DNA of 64,000 bases, taken from NCBI GenBank assembly GCA_963760795.1, contig CAVXEP010000012.1, forward strand, positions 96,001 through 160,000, written 5' to 3'. Under the pieces are notes generated by a model that was not told the origin of the DNA, made no database searches, and saw only the letters and a list, made by a program, of their open reading frames with translations. Both the position numbers and the translations under genes were made by a program. Position 1 is the stretch's first letter. Every line of letters begins with the position of its first letter. Source of the stretch: an uncultured delta proteobacterium. GTDB taxonomy: Bacteria; Desulfobacterota; Binatia; UBA9968. Below, one piece after another: positions 33,208 through 44,900 of the stretch.

Positions 33208-35080
33208 CTATTCCGCCAGAGAGCGAATTTCCGCATCCGCGCGCCGCAGACGAGCGGAGAGTTCGCGGCAGATATTGAAAATAAGTTTGGTCTCGATCGC
33301 CGGATGGTTGCTCGCGAGCGCCCTGAACTTGGCGATCGGCAGCACGTAACACAGCGCCGGCTCGTCGGCGATCACGTCGGCGGAGCGCTCGCCACCGTCT
33401 AATAAGGCAAGCTCTCCGAAAGCTAGACCCGGCGTGATCGTGCTCACCCGCCGTCGCCGATTACCATCGGTGAGTCGAAGGTAGACGCTAACCGTGCCGG
33501 CAGCGAGGAGAAAAAGGTCGTCAGCACGATCGTTTTCGCGAATGATGGTTTCGCCCTGGGCGTAGTAAACCTCCTCGACGATGGTTTCGAGCAAGGCGGT
33601 TTCTTGAGCGGCGAAACCGGCAAGAATATTCATCGCGCTGAGCGGCACGCGAAGAATTTCGGCCACAGGCCGGGGCTGCTCTTGCGCGAGCAAACGATTT
33701 TCGCACCATTCCAGAGCGGTGTCGGTATCGCCGAAAAAGCTTCTATCGGTCCAGACATAATCAGGACTTCGCTTAAGCGTATCTGCGAAGCGCGGCGCGA
33801 GATGTGCGAAGATGAGCTTCTTGCCTTGGGTCGCCAGCCAGACGTTCAACTGGACCACCAACGTCAAGGCGCATTCATCGATTCCCATCACTCGCTTAAC
33901 GTCGAGGATGAGGTACTCAAGGGTTGCCAATTCCGTGGCGAGCTTGCGAAACACCTGTTCTAAGGCGCCAAAGAAAAGAGTTCCCTGGAGTTCATAGACA
34001 CAAATCCGCCTGACCCTTGCGATCGAGGATCGCCTGCTCGACGCTGCCCCTTTGGCGGATCGAGCGCACGGTGGCGGCCCGATAACTCCGGCGCAGGCAA
34101 ACCCCGGTAGTCGTGCGGGCGCCGAACATGTGCAGCTTGAAGCGCGCTGAAAGCTCTTCGCAAACCTGAATGCCACGGCAACTGTTGCCTTGATCGTCGA
34201 GTAATGGAGAGAATATGCCGATGCCAAACTGGCCGGGAAGAACCGCGATGACGCCGCCGCTCACACCGCTCTTAGCCGGCAAACCGATGCGGTAGGTCCA
34301 TTCGCCGGTATAATCGTACATGCCACAGCTATGCATCACGCTCAAAACGTTCTTGACATAGGCCGATTGCAGCGCCCGTTTGCCGCTCAACGGATTGACG
34401 CCGTCGTTGGCCAGTGTCGCTGCCATCACGGCGAGATCCCGCGCGCTGGCCAAAATCGAGCACTGCTTAAAGTACAAATCGAGATGCTCGTCAACTTGCC
34501 CATCGATCATGCCGGCACTGAGCTCAAGATAGCCGATGGAGCGGTTGCGGTGGCCAGTCTTGGATTCCGAAAGATAGACGTCATGGTCGATCGCTAAGCA
34601 ACGATCGGCCAAGTCGGTAAATTTTTTAAGCACGCGGTCTAGCCGCCGCTCGGCGCTCTCGCCTTTGATCAAAGCGGTGGTGGCGATGGCTCCGGCATTG
34701 ACCATCGGATTGAACGGGCGGTTATTGCGCTCATCGAACACAATGGAATTGAAGGCTTCGCCCGTCGGCTCAACCCCAACCTTGGTCAAAACGTAATCCG
34801 CACCGTGATCTTCCAACGCCAAGCCATAGACAAAGGGCTTCGAGATCGATTGAATCGTGAACGAATGGCAGGCATCACCGACTTGGTAGATTTGCCCGTC
34901 GGCGGTAACCAGCGCGATGCCAAACAGCTTTGGGTTAGCTTTGGCCAATTCGGGGATATAGGTCGCTACTTTACCGCTAAAATTGTCGGCGTATTTCGCA
35001 TGAATTTCTTGCAGTGAAGCGATCAGCGGCGACGGATTGGCGCCGTTGACGCTGAGCATAGTCGCTGAAGCTTGTTGCAT
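33208..35080 (-). CDS. glsA: Glutaminase A with C-terminal STAS and cNMP-binding domains (frameshift near 34010)
   Basis: YIPELA, TIQSISKPF, NPMVNAGA, PAKSGVSGG; then ELQGTLFFG (STAS) and FGELALLDG..RSA (cNMP). Confidence 0.9.
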
Positions 35081-35176
35081 CTGCGGGACGTAAGAATGGT
35101 GTTAACCGGCGACGGTAATTGAATCCGTCAAACCAAAAATTTGAAGCGTTAGCGATTCCACAATCGCAGGGTAGCG

Positions 35177-35192
35177 TGCACTCTCCGTGCCA
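35177..35192 (-). promoter_or_regulatory. Putative sigma54 promoter of glsA
   Basis: Minus strand TGGCAC-GGAGA-GTGCA (GG-N10-GC spacing). Confidence 0.6.
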
Positions 35193-35331
35193 ATATGGGC
35201 TATAACTTAACTCTTACATCAACTCATTAGAATCGCGGGGATTCCTCGAGCTGTTAGCGGCGAGAAGCAACAAAACGAAGGCAAATGATGGTTTCTTGAG
35301 CAGCGCCGTGATGAATTTTTAAGCGTGGAAC

Positions 35332-36139
35332 TCAGAATAACTTGCGATGCTCGCAGCGCCGGTAGCTCGGCGCGCACTTTGGCAAGGTGATCGAAATCGA
35401 TTTCGGCTGTGATCAAACCTGGCCCATCTGGCAACTCAGCGAGAATCGTTCCCCAGGGATCGACGATCATTGAATGGCCGTGGCATTCGAAGCTTTTGGC
35501 GCTTTTGCCGAATTGATCGGCGGCGATTACGTACGCTTGGTTCTCAATGGCGCGGGCGCGCAAGAGAGTCTCCCAGTGCGCTTGACCGGTGAACGCGGTG
35601 AATGCCGAGGGAACAAAGATTACTTGCGCGCCTTGGTCGGCTAATCGACGGTAGAGCTCGGGAAAGCGCAGATCGTAGCAAACCGATAAGCCCAGGGTGC
35701 CAAGCTCGGTCGGCGCGACCACGACATCGCCGCCATGAGCGCGGCTCTCCGACTCGCGCAGCGACACGCCATTGGCCAAGTCGACATCGAAGAGATGAAT
35801 CTTGCGATAGCTTGCGAGTAGATTTCCCGCAGGATCGAAGAGCAGGCTGGTGTTGTAGGCTTTTGGGCTAGCCGGAATTTCTTCGAGGATCGAACCGCCG
35901 AGCAAGTAAATATTCAACTCACGCGCCAGCTCGGCAAGCCGGTTGGAAGTCGGTCCGGGTATCGGTTCGGCGCAGGCTCTTTCTAACTTCTTGTTGCCGC
36001 GCCAGATAAAAACTTCCGGCAGGACCACCAGCCGCGCGCCTTGGTGCGCCGCGTCGCGCAACCAATGTTCAGCCTCGGCCAAATTGGCCGCCTTGTCGTC
36101 GGTGGCCAACATCTGCACCGCAGCAGCAATAAACTTCAT
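35332..36139 (-). CDS. Carbon-nitrogen hydrolase, Nit1/deaminated glutathione amidase-like
   Basis: LPE, YRKIHLFDV, VCYDLRFPE triad; the likely true end HRKLF* at 35332 follows a late indel. Confidence 0.9.
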
Positions 36140-36186
36140 AATTCCGAAACCTTGAACCGTTGAACCCGTGAAACATTGAACGGCTG

Positions 36187-37023
36187 TTATCTATTTAGAA
36201 ACACCGGGCAAGGCGCATTGCGCAGGACATACTCAGTCGTGCTGCCGAGCACCATCTTAATGATCCGCCGGTGGCCGTGGGCGCCGATGAACAGCAGGTC
36301 GTATTTGAGATTGACCAGATACTCGATGATTTTTTGTTCGGGATAGCCGCGCGCGATCTCGTACTTGACGTCGATGGCATAGGAACCGAGATAGGCCTTG
36401 GCCTGTTGCAAGATCGCCTGCGCCGCCTCCTCCTCGCGGGCGATGGTCAGCACGGTAAGCGGCAGTTTGAGCACCGTGCAAAACTCCGCCGCCGATTCCA
36501 TCGCCGAACTCGCCCGCTGGCTGCCATCATAGGCCAACAGCGGGTTGGCGATGGTATTAAAGCGCTCTGTCGAAACAAAGATCGGCCGCGGGCATTTGCG
36601 GATGATCGTTTCGGCGGTCGAGCCGAGCATGCCGGCGGTAAAACCTTCGTTGACGCCGCGATGGCCGATCACCACCAGGTCGGCGACCTTAGCCCGCTCG
36701 CAGATCTCGTTGGCGATCAGTCCGGTGTCGAGAAAGGTGCGCTCGCGGATGTTCTTCGCCGCGCAGATCTCGCGAAAATTTTCCAGGACGAGCTTGCCGC
36801 GCTCATCGAAGATCTCGCGCATCTTGGTCGATAAATCGAGATAGGGTTCGAAGCCGAGGGAACCGGAGACATCGTGAAAAAACGTTCCTTCGAGGGAAAC
36901 CGTGTCGATCACATGCTGGCCCATCAGCATGCCGTCAAAGCCGCGCGCCAGCCAGACCGCGTAATCGAGCGCCGCCTTGGAATGCTCGGAGCCGTCGAGA
37001 GGAATCAAAATGTTTTTGATCAT
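36187..37023 (-). CDS. Tandem-domain universal stress protein
   Basis: ILIPLDGSEHS, DLVVIG..G, LGST.E repeated twice. Confidence 0.92.
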   Translation of the reverse strand: MIKNILIPLDGSEHSKAALDYAVWLARGFDGMLMGQHVIDTVSLEGTFFHDVSGSLGFEPYLDLSTKMREIFDERGKLVLENFREICAAKNIRERTFLDTGLIANEICERAKVADLVVIGHRGVNEGFTAGMLGSTAETIIRKCPRPIFVSTERFNTIANPLLAYDGSQRASSAMESAAEFCTVLKLPLTVLTIAREEEAAQAILQQAKAYLGSYAIDVKYEIARGYPEQKIIEYLVNLKYDLLFIGAHGHRRIIKMVLGSTTEYVLRNAPCPVFLNR

Positions 37024-37199
37024 GCTGCCCTCCGCTACATTTGCTCTGCGTCAATCCAACCGCTGGTCGCCGGCGCGCTCGGTTATGTTTCGCTGGCTGG
37101 AAGCACGATAACAAGGCCGGGGCTATTTTCAAACGGAATCTGCCACAGCAGTTTACAAAAGCCGCCCTTTAGGAGATACTCCGGTCTACGTTCGGAAAG

Positions 37200-37493
37200 T
37201 TGGATCAAATGCAGCGACCGAAGAATCGTCAGGAAGCCCGCCTCCAGGATCTCATCGTCAGCGCCAAACAGCTGAATATTCATGTGCGCATGGAGAAGCT
37301 TTTGCGCGAAGTCGGCTACCGCGCCCATAGCGGGCGCTGCCGGGTCAAGGGACAGGAATTGATCGTCATCGACCGGGATATTGCGCTCGGCGATCAGATC
37401 GAGTTTCTCGCCAACGAATTGGCCGGCCTTCGAGCCGAGACAAAACCGGAACCGCCATCCACTCAGGACCCCGCGCAAGCAAGTTCGAACTAA
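37200..37493 (+). CDS. Conserved hypothetical protein
   Basis: L.I.VR.E...SGRCRVKG..LIVIDR pattern; plausible SD. Confidence 0.55.
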   Translation: MDQMQRPKNRQEARLQDLIVSAKQLNIHVRMEKLLREVGYRAHSGRCRVKGQELIVIDRDIALGDQIEFLANELAGLRAETKPEPPSTQDPAQASSN

Positions 37494-37511
37494 CACTCCC
37501 TGCGGCGAAAT

Positions 37512-38177
37512 TTAGTGAACGCGGATTTTCTTCGCCGCTTCGATGCCGAGAGAAAACTGATCGTCGCCGACTTTCAGCGTCATCATGCCAAGAGATGGGG
37601 CGACATCTATAATATGTACTTTGGCGCCTGGCACCAGTCCGTGATCCTCTAAATACCCCAACAGGCGAACATCCCGTTCGCCGCCCTCGGTAATATAGTC
37701 GAGATCCACTTGTTGGCCGTCCACGGCTTCGCTGAGCGGCACGGTTTTGGGCAGTTTACCGGAACCGGTTCCGGGAATCGGGTTGCCATGCGGGCAGGTC
37801 GTCGGGTTGCTCAACAGCTTTGCTAGACGTTCTTCAACCTCCTGCGAAATCGCGTGCTCCAAACGATGGGCCTCCTGATGCGCCTTGACCCAGTCCAATC
37901 CCAACAAGTCGGTTAGGAAACGCTCGGTCAGAAAGTGGCGGCGAACGATCCTCTCAGCGACTTTTCGTCCATCTTCGGTCAGATGAATCTCCTTGCGGCG
38001 ATTGATCGTGACGTAACCGTCACTAGCCAGACGACGCAACGTCGCGAACATGGTCGACGGCGTCACCCCGGTCTCGGCCGCGATGCGAGCGGCGATCACC
38101 GGTTGAGCCTCCTCGGCTAGCTGGTAAATCGCCTTCAAATAGTCCTCCAAGGCGTGGGTTACTTTATGAGCTTCCAT
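37512..38177 (-). CDS. DtxR/MntR/IdeR family metal-dependent repressor with FeoA-like domain
   Basis: EDYLKAIY, RRH.L.ERFL, EAHRLEH, CPHGNPIP. Confidence 0.93.
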   Translation of the reverse strand: MEAHKVTHALEDYLKAIYQLAEEAQPVIAARIAAETGVTPSTMFATLRRLASDGYVTINRRKEIHLTEDGRKVAERIVRRHFLTERFLTDLLGLDWVKAHQEAHRLEHAISQEVEERLAKLLSNPTTCPHGNPIPGTGSGKLPKTVPLSEAVDGQQVDLDYITEGGERDVRLLGYLEDHGLVPGAKVHIIDVAPSLGMMTLKVGDDQFSLGIEAAKKIRVH

Positions 38178-38419
38178 ATATCAATTGACTACGGATCGCT
38201 TTTCTCACCTCGCTCCGGGCCCGTCGAATCGCACGGCCACGATGAGCACAGGTTTCTGCACAGATGTAGCGCATGCTATTGGAGGAATCGTTCAAGTGCA
38301 AGTTGATTACACGAGAACAGCCGAAACGGTCGCGATGTAACAGCGTCCGGAAATTCACTGCGGAACTCAGAGGTGGAATTTCCCCGGGCTGTTCTGGACC
38401 TCTCTAGCGGTTTCAGGTA

Positions 38420-39493
38420 TTGATTCCTGGCAAAGCACCGATGGTTGTCATAAAAGTCGAAAAAGTCAGCAAGCGATACAACCACACCCCGGCTGTAAAG
38501 CGCTGCGACCTCCAAGTCCATTCAGGTGAGATTCTAGCACTGCTCGGACCGTCGGGATCGGGGAAAACCACCTTGCTCCGGCTGATTGCCGGATTCGAGC
38601 GACCCGATGAAGGGCGGATTCTTATCGGCGAGCGCACCGTCGTCGACGTCGCCGGTTCGATATGGCTCCCCGCCGAAGCGCGCGGCGTCGGGATGGTTTT
38701 TCAGGACTACGCCTTGTTTCCCCATTTGACGGTGACCGAGAATATTCAGTTTGGCCTGCGCGGCATTGCCAACCAAGAGCGCCAAGAGCGCCTTCAAGAG
38801 TTGTTGCGGGCAACCGAGTTGCTGCCGTATGCACAACGATATCCCCATGAATTATCGGGTGGTCAGCAACAGCGGGTTGCTTTGGCGCGCGCCCTAGCAC
38901 CGCGCCCGCCGGTTGTCTTGCTTGACGAAGCCTTCAATGGCCTCGACCCTGAACTCAGGCCGCAAATGCGCAAAGAGGTCGCTAGCATATTGCGCCAGAT
39001 GAAAACGGCCGCGGTGCTGGTCACCCACGACCAGGAAGAAGCTCTCGGAATGGCCGACCAAGTGGCGGTCGTTCGCCAGGGCGAACTGCAGCAAGTCGGC
39101 ACACCGGAAGAGGTCTATTATAATCCTTCGACTATATTTGTTGCCGGATTCGTCGGCCACGCCGACTTTATCGGTGGCGTCGTATCCGGAGCACAGGTTC
39201 AGACCGAATTTGGCAATTTCTCCTGTTCATCGGAGATTCGTCCCGGCCCGGTCAAAGTGATGATCCGCCACGAGGCCGTCAACACCAAAGCCGACGGCAT
39301 TCTCGCCACCGTCGAAGAGCGCGAGTTTCTTGGCGGCGAAATCCTCTACCGGCTGCGTCTCCCCTCGGGCGACGCGGTCCACTTGGAGCAACGCAAACCC
39401 GTCCATTGGCCGGTCGGACACCGAGTGCCAATCGACGTTCATATCCCCACCGCCGTGGTCTTTGCCGATGCCGGCAGTGAACCCATCGAGTAG
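38420..39493 (+). CDS. fbpC: Fe3+ ABC transporter ATP-binding protein
   Basis: GPSGSGKTT, FQDYALFPH, LSGGQQQR, TOBE tail; adjacent to fbpAB. Confidence 0.8.
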   Translation: MIPGKAPMVVIKVEKVSKRYNHTPAVKRCDLQVHSGEILALLGPSGSGKTTLLRLIAGFERPDEGRILIGERTVVDVAGSIWLPAEARGVGMVFQDYALFPHLTVTENIQFGLRGIANQERQERLQELLRATELLPYAQRYPHELSGGQQQRVALARALAPRPPVVLLDEAFNGLDPELRPQMRKEVASILRQMKTAAVLVTHDQEEALGMADQVAVVRQGELQQVGTPEEVYYNPSTIFVAGFVGHADFIGGVVSGAQVQTEFGNFSCSSEIRPGPVKVMIRHEAVNTKADGILATVEEREFLGGEILYRLRLPSGDAVHLEQRKPVHWPVGHRVPIDVHIPTAVVFADAGSEPIE

Positions 39494-39688
39494 TTTCCAC
39501 CTTTTTCCAGAACACGAACGATCGAAAGCCCTTCCGTTTAGTCGGTGTTGGCCAGCACCCGTGGCAATTCCACGACGAGGCTCGCATCGCATCGGCGCAA
39601 AACCAGCCCCGATATTTTGCCGTTTGTTGGCAGTTTGAAACTCCAGAATACGCACTTCCCAGGGGTGCCTTATGGGCAAGGTTGCGGT

Positions 39689-39719
39689 TTGACAAACTAA
39701 TAACATTCGACTATACGAA
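39689..39719 (+). promoter_or_regulatory. sigma70 promoter with overlapping palindrome
   Basis: TTGACA-17bp-TATACG; TTCG-ACTATA-CGAA at 39706-39719. Confidence 0.65.
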
Positions 39720-39795
39720 CAATCAAAGTTTCTCAGGGAACAACTTTTAGAAGTTAAATTTGTCAAATATTGAAACAGCCAAGACGAAGTAAATT

Positions 39796-40875
39796 TTGTC
39801 GGGAGGACATGAGATGAAGCATAGGTATTCGCAATGTTGCTTGTCGGTTTTTGCCTTGATTTTTGGACTCGGGTTAAGCGCGATTTTTAGTGTCACCGTG
39901 ACGGCGCAAGAAAAGGTCATGAACCTCTATACCGCCCGTCATTATTCCACCGATGAAGCTTTCTACACCGGCTTTAGCAAACTCACCGGCATCAAGCTTA
40001 ATCGCATCGAAGGCGGCGAAGACGCGCTTTTCGAACGGATCAAGGCCGAAGGCGCCGCTAGTCCGGCGGATGTCTTCTTGACCGTCGATGTCGCCCGGCT
40101 GTGGCGCGCGGAGCAGGCGGGCATCTTCGCGCCGCTCAAGTCGGAACTGCTGGCTAAGCGCATCCCCGCTCACTTTCGCGATCCCAATGGCAACTGGTTC
40201 GGCTTCTCATCGCGGGTTCGGGTTATCGCCTATGATCGGCGTAAGGTCAGTCCCGGCGATGTCGCGCGCTATGAGCAGTTGGCCGATTCCAAGTGGAAAA
40301 GCGAAATCTGCACCCGCCCGAGCAGCCACCCATATAACCTTTCTTTAACATCCAGCATGATCCTCCACTTGGGCGAGGATAAGGCGCGCGAGTGGGCGCG
40401 CGGCGTGGCAACCAACTTGGCTCGCCCGCCAAGAGGCGGCGACACCGACCAATTGACCGCAGTGGGCGTCGGTGAATGTTCGATCGCGCTGTCAAACCAT
40501 TATTACTATGTCCGGCTTATGCGTTCGACAAAGCCGGAAGATCGCGCGCTGGTGGAAAAAGTCCACATCGTTTGGCCCAATCAGAACGATCGCGGCGCTC
40601 ATGTCAACATTTCCGGCGGCGGCATACTGAAAAACGCCCCCAATCGCGACGCTGCGGCGAAGTTTCTCGAGTATCTCGCCAGCGACACGGCACAAGCTTA
40701 TTTTGCCGATGGCAACAACGAATGGCCCACCGTCAAGGGCGTGAAGCTGGCCAATCCCCAGCTCGAGACTTTCGGCCGGTTTAGGACCGACGCCGTTGCC
40801 ATTGGCAGATTTGGGCAAGACCCAGGCGGCGGCCCAGCGACTGGCCGACCAGGTCGGCTGGAAATGAAGCCTTAA
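39796..40875 (+). CDS. fbpA: Fe3+ ABC substrate-binding protein (FutA/FbpA; probable indel near the 3' end)
   Basis: LYTARHY, SPADV, GGDTDQ, NHYYY, HVNISG, NNEWP. Confidence 0.9.
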   Translation: MSGGHEMKHRYSQCCLSVFALIFGLGLSAIFSVTVTAQEKVMNLYTARHYSTDEAFYTGFSKLTGIKLNRIEGGEDALFERIKAEGAASPADVFLTVDVARLWRAEQAGIFAPLKSELLAKRIPAHFRDPNGNWFGFSSRVRVIAYDRRKVSPGDVARYEQLADSKWKSEICTRPSSHPYNLSLTSSMILHLGEDKAREWARGVATNLARPPRGGDTDQLTAVGVGECSIALSNHYYYVRLMRSTKPEDRALVEKVHIVWPNQNDRGAHVNISGGGILKNAPNRDAAAKFLEYLASDTAQAYFADGNNEWPTVKGVKLANPQLETFGRFRTDAVAIGRFGQDPGGGPATGRPGRLEMKP

Positions 40876-40906
40876 CCTTAGCACCAACTGACTGACAACT
40901 GACACC

Positions 40907-42652
40907 ATGACAACGATTGCCGCTGCTTTGCGCTCGAAGGCCATCAGCGACATCACCGTGCCGCGGATCGGTGCTCTTGGCGTGGTGTCATTGATAACCG
41001 CCGCCCTGGTGGTGGCGCCGATTGCTGCGGTCGTCTGGAACATTTTTCTGCCCAGCGAGGCGACCTGGGAGCACCTGATATCGACTGTCCTGCCCGAGTA
41101 CATCGCCAACACTTTCCTGCTGCTAGTGCTGGTCGCCGCGGGAGTTGTTTGCTGCGGCGTGCTCTCCGCGTGGTTGGTTACCGCCTATGAATTCCCTGGC
41201 CGACGCGTCCTAGAATGGGCGCTGGTGTTGCCAATGGCGATCCCCGCATATGTCATGGCCTATGCTTACACCGATTGGCTCCAGACCTCGGGACCGGTGC
41301 AAAGCATACTGCGCGAATTCACCGGTTGGCGGGTGCGCGAGTACTGGTTTCCGGAAATCCGCTCATTGCCGGGCGCCGCGACCATGCTGTCGCTCGCGCT
41401 CTATCCCTATGTTTACCTGCTGGCGCGCGGCGCCTTCCTTGAACAGTCACGCAGCAGCTATGAGGCCGCCCAACTGGCCGGCTATGGCGCGTGGGGAAGA
41501 TTTTGGCATGTGTCATTGCCTCTGGCGCGCACCGGGATTGTCGCCGGCGTCGCCTTGGCGCTGATGGAGACACTCGCTGATTTCGGCACCGTCTCGTATT
41601 TTGCCGTGAATACTTTTACCGCTGGCATCTACCGCGCCTGGCTCTCCCTTGGCGATTCGGTCGCCGCGGGCCAGCTCGCTACCTGCCTGCTCGTGTTCGT
41701 GCTCGCAATGCTCGCCCTAGAGCGCATGCACCGCGGCGATGCGCGCTATACCAGCAACCGCACACCCATAACCCCGCAACGGCTTGGCGGCGCCAAGGCT
41801 ATGGGCGCATTCGCGCTATGCGCCATACCGATCGCATTCGGTTTCATGGTGCCGGCGGCGATTCTGCTTGAACTGGCCCTGACCGATCCGCAGGTGCAAT
41901 TTGGCGCGCGCATCACCGGACTGATTACCAACACGTTTATTTTAGCTGGCATCGCCGCGATTGCCGCCGTCGTCGTCGCCATGCTGCTGGCTTATGCGGC
42001 AAGGACAGTGAAGAGCCCGCTGGTACAAGCAGCGAATCGCCTGGCTGTGCTCGGCTATGCCCTGCCAGGCGCGGTGATCGCGGTAGGCATTCTTCTACCG
42101 CTGGGCAAGCTCGACAACGCTTTGATCGCCTGGATTTACCAACAGTTTGGCGTGCGCACCGGATTGATTTTAACCGGTTCGGTCACGGCGCTCATCTATG
42201 CCTATCTCGTCAGGTTTCTCGCCGTGGCGTTTCAAACGGCCGAAGCCGGGCTGACACGGGTGACTCCGTCGATGGACGATGCCGCGCGCAGCCTTGGCCT
42301 TTCACCCGGCCGCACCCTGGTGCGGGTGCACATGCCGATCATGCGCAGCAGCATCGCCACCGCAGCGCTGCTCGTATTCGTCGACGTTATGAAAGAATTA
42401 CCGGCGACCTTCGCCATGCGGCCGTTTAATTTCGACACCCTAGCGGTGGAGGCCTACAACTTGGCAAAGGACGAGCGCATCGCCGAAGCCGCCCTGCCGG
42501 CGCTGCTGATGGTCGCCATCGCGCTGTTGCCGCTGATTTTACTGTCGCGCCAGATCGCCAATTCGAGCCAGCGCAACGCATGTGGCTCGCAGTCAGGACT
42601 CTGCTGTCTAGCCGAACCAGGGATCCGAGATGACCACGAGCACTTTACTTGA
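40907..42652 (+). CDS. fbpB: Fe3+ ABC transporter permease
   Basis: PAYVMAYAY, YPYVYLLAR, METLADFG, MKELPAT..MRPFNFDTLA. Confidence 0.92.
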   Translation: MTTIAAALRSKAISDITVPRIGALGVVSLITAALVVAPIAAVVWNIFLPSEATWEHLISTVLPEYIANTFLLLVLVAAGVVCCGVLSAWLVTAYEFPGRRVLEWALVLPMAIPAYVMAYAYTDWLQTSGPVQSILREFTGWRVREYWFPEIRSLPGAATMLSLALYPYVYLLARGAFLEQSRSSYEAAQLAGYGAWGRFWHVSLPLARTGIVAGVALALMETLADFGTVSYFAVNTFTAGIYRAWLSLGDSVAAGQLATCLLVFVLAMLALERMHRGDARYTSNRTPITPQRLGGAKAMGAFALCAIPIAFGFMVPAAILLELALTDPQVQFGARITGLITNTFILAGIAAIAAVVVAMLLAYAARTVKSPLVQAANRLAVLGYALPGAVIAVGILLPLGKLDNALIAWIYQQFGVRTGLILTGSVTALIYAYLVRFLAVAFQTAEAGLTRVTPSMDDAARSLGLSPGRTLVRVHMPIMRSSIATAALLVFVDVMKELPATFAMRPFNFDTLAVEAYNLAKDERIAEAALPALLMVAIALLPLILLSRQIANSSQRNACGSQSGLCCLAEPGIRDDHEHFT

Positions 42653-42732
42653 GCCGGCGCAAACGGCAGGCCGAACCACGATTGGCGGATAGTAACTTTT
42701 TCAGGTCGCTTCCCCTTCCATATACGAACACT

Positions 42733-44711
42733 ATGGGTTCCTCCCCGGCTACGATTCCGCCACAATCGAAAGTTCAGATCGGCTCCTGTTCGCCATTGGA
42801 CTTGTTTTCCTAACCGTCACCGGCGCATTCGCTGCCGGCGATGAAGCCAAGCGTATTTTAGCGCTAATCGATTACATCGGCGGCGACTATCGCAACGCCG
42901 TGCAAGGCGGGAAAGTCGTCAGTGACGCCGAGTACACGGAGATGAGCGAGTTCTCGGCGCGCAGCTTGGAGCTGTTCAGCCAATTGAAATCCGCCGAAGG
43001 CGATAAAGCGGGCATCGAAAAAGATCTGCGAGCGCTGGCAAGCCACATACAGCAGAAAACCGGCGAGGATGCAGTGCCGCAGTTGGCCCAGCAGATCAAG
43101 GACCGCTTGATCAAAACCTATAACATCGTCACCTACCCCAAGGCTCTGCCGAACTACGAGGGCGCGAAACTGATCTACATGCAGAATTGCGCTCAGTGCC
43201 ATGGCGAGAGCGGCAGAGGCGACGGCCCCGGCCGCGAGTCGATGAATCCAAAAACACCGCCGCCGGCCAATTTTACCGACGCAGACTTCATGGCCGGACT
43301 CTCGCCTTTTAAAGTCTATAACACGACCACGTTCGGCATCGACAAAACGGCGATGGCTTCCTTCGCCGCGCTGCCGGACGAGCAACGCTGGCAAGTCGCC
43401 TTCTATGTTATGGCGCTACGTTTTCCCGCTGAAACAGCAGCTGCCGGAGAGTCCTGGCTGAAAGGCAAGTCGCTGCCGGCCACCCTCGCAGGCGTCGCCA
43501 CCTTGGCAACTTCTTCAGACAACGAGCTATCCGATAAAATCAAGACGAGTTTTCCCAACGCGCCGCACAACGACATTCTCGCCTACCTCAGGCGCGGGCT
43601 TCTAGAGAAAAAATCGAGCGATCCATTGTTGATCGCTCGCACCCTGCTCGGCGAAGCCGCTGAGATATACAGCAAAGGCGATAAGGAAAAAGCTTACCAG
43701 AAAGCCATCGAGGCCTACCTTGACGGCTTCGAGATGGCCGAGCCGGCGCTGTTCGCCAAGGATGCGGCCTTGGGAAGATCTCTCGAGGCCCAGTTCACGC
43801 AGTTTCGCAATTCGATCCGGCAGGGAGTTTCCGCCGAGGAGATTCAAAAACAACACGCCGAGATCGAAGCCAAGCTCGACCAGGCGGCACAGATGTTGGC
43901 CAGCAGCGATGATTTCTCCGGTTATTACGCATTCTTGAATTCGGCCCTGATCATTTTACGCGAAGGACTAGAGGCGGCGCTGATTCTCGCCGCGATCATC
44001 GCCATGCTGCGAGTGATGGGCGCGACAAAATCGATTCGTTACATCCATTTCGGCTGGATGCTGGCGGTGGCCGCCGGTTTCCTCACCTGGCTCGCCGCGC
44101 AGACCGTGCTGACTTTCAGCGGCCAGCACCGTGAAAGCATGGAAGGATTCATCTCGATCTTCGCCGCGGCGGCGCTGTTCTATGTCGGCTATTGGCTGCA
44201 CACCCGGACCGAGGCTAAACGGTGGCAGGCGTTTATTCAAGACAAAGTCCAAAACGTACTTTCGCGCAAAAGTATCTTCGGACTGGTCGGCATCTCTTTT
44301 TTCGCTGTGTATCGCGAGGCCTTCGAGGTCGTGCTCTTCTATCAGGCGCTCTGGTTACAGAATGAAAATAGCCACCAAGCCATCCTTGGCGGATTCGCCG
44401 CAGGCGTAGCCGCGCTGCTCGCGGCTACCTTTGCGATCTTCAAGCTCGGCCTGCGCATACCGCTAAAATACTTCTTCGGCGTCACCGGCACACTGCTCTA
44501 CATCATGGCCTTCATCTTCGCCGGCACCGGCATCAATCAATTGCAGGCGGCCGGCTGGGTTCCGGCAACACCGCTCGATTTTCCGCCGGCGGTGCCGCTG
44601 TTGGGCATCTATCCGACCATGGAAACCCTGGCAGCCCAGGGACTATTGGTCTGCATATTTATAGCTACCTCGCTATGGATGGCGCATGAACGAAAAAAGG
44701 CAGTGGCTTAA
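42733..44711 (+). CDS. Cytochrome c / FTR1 iron permease (PbrT-like); 5' end uncertain
   Basis: LIDYIGGDY.NAV, CAQCH heme motif, REGLE and YREAFE FTR1 motifs. Confidence 0.9.
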
Positions 44712-44900
44712 ATGCGTGTTCCAAGGCAAGGCGAACAGGAAACGGCGGAGACGGTGACTCAGGACGGCGATGCGCTTCGTTGCCATTGCGGCAGCTTGGT
44801 CGCCCGGCTGGTGCCGAATGGAGTGGAAATCAAATGCCGCCGCTGCAAACGGCGCGTTGTAATTCCGCTCGGTTTGGGCGCTTTTGAAATCTCAGAATAG
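44712..44900 (+). CDS. Mu Com-like zinc-ribbon microprotein
   Basis: LRCHCGSLVAR...VEIKCRRCKR; ATG immediately follows the FTR1 stop. Confidence 0.75.
   Translation: MRVPRQGEQETAETVTQDGDALRCHCGSLVARLVPNGVEIKCRRCKRRVVIPLGLGAFEISE

Noticed and set aside
44712-44900. Prophage remnant suggested by the Com-like gene
   Set aside because: No mom, structural, integrase or transposase genes nearby; the gene is tightly embedded in an iron operon
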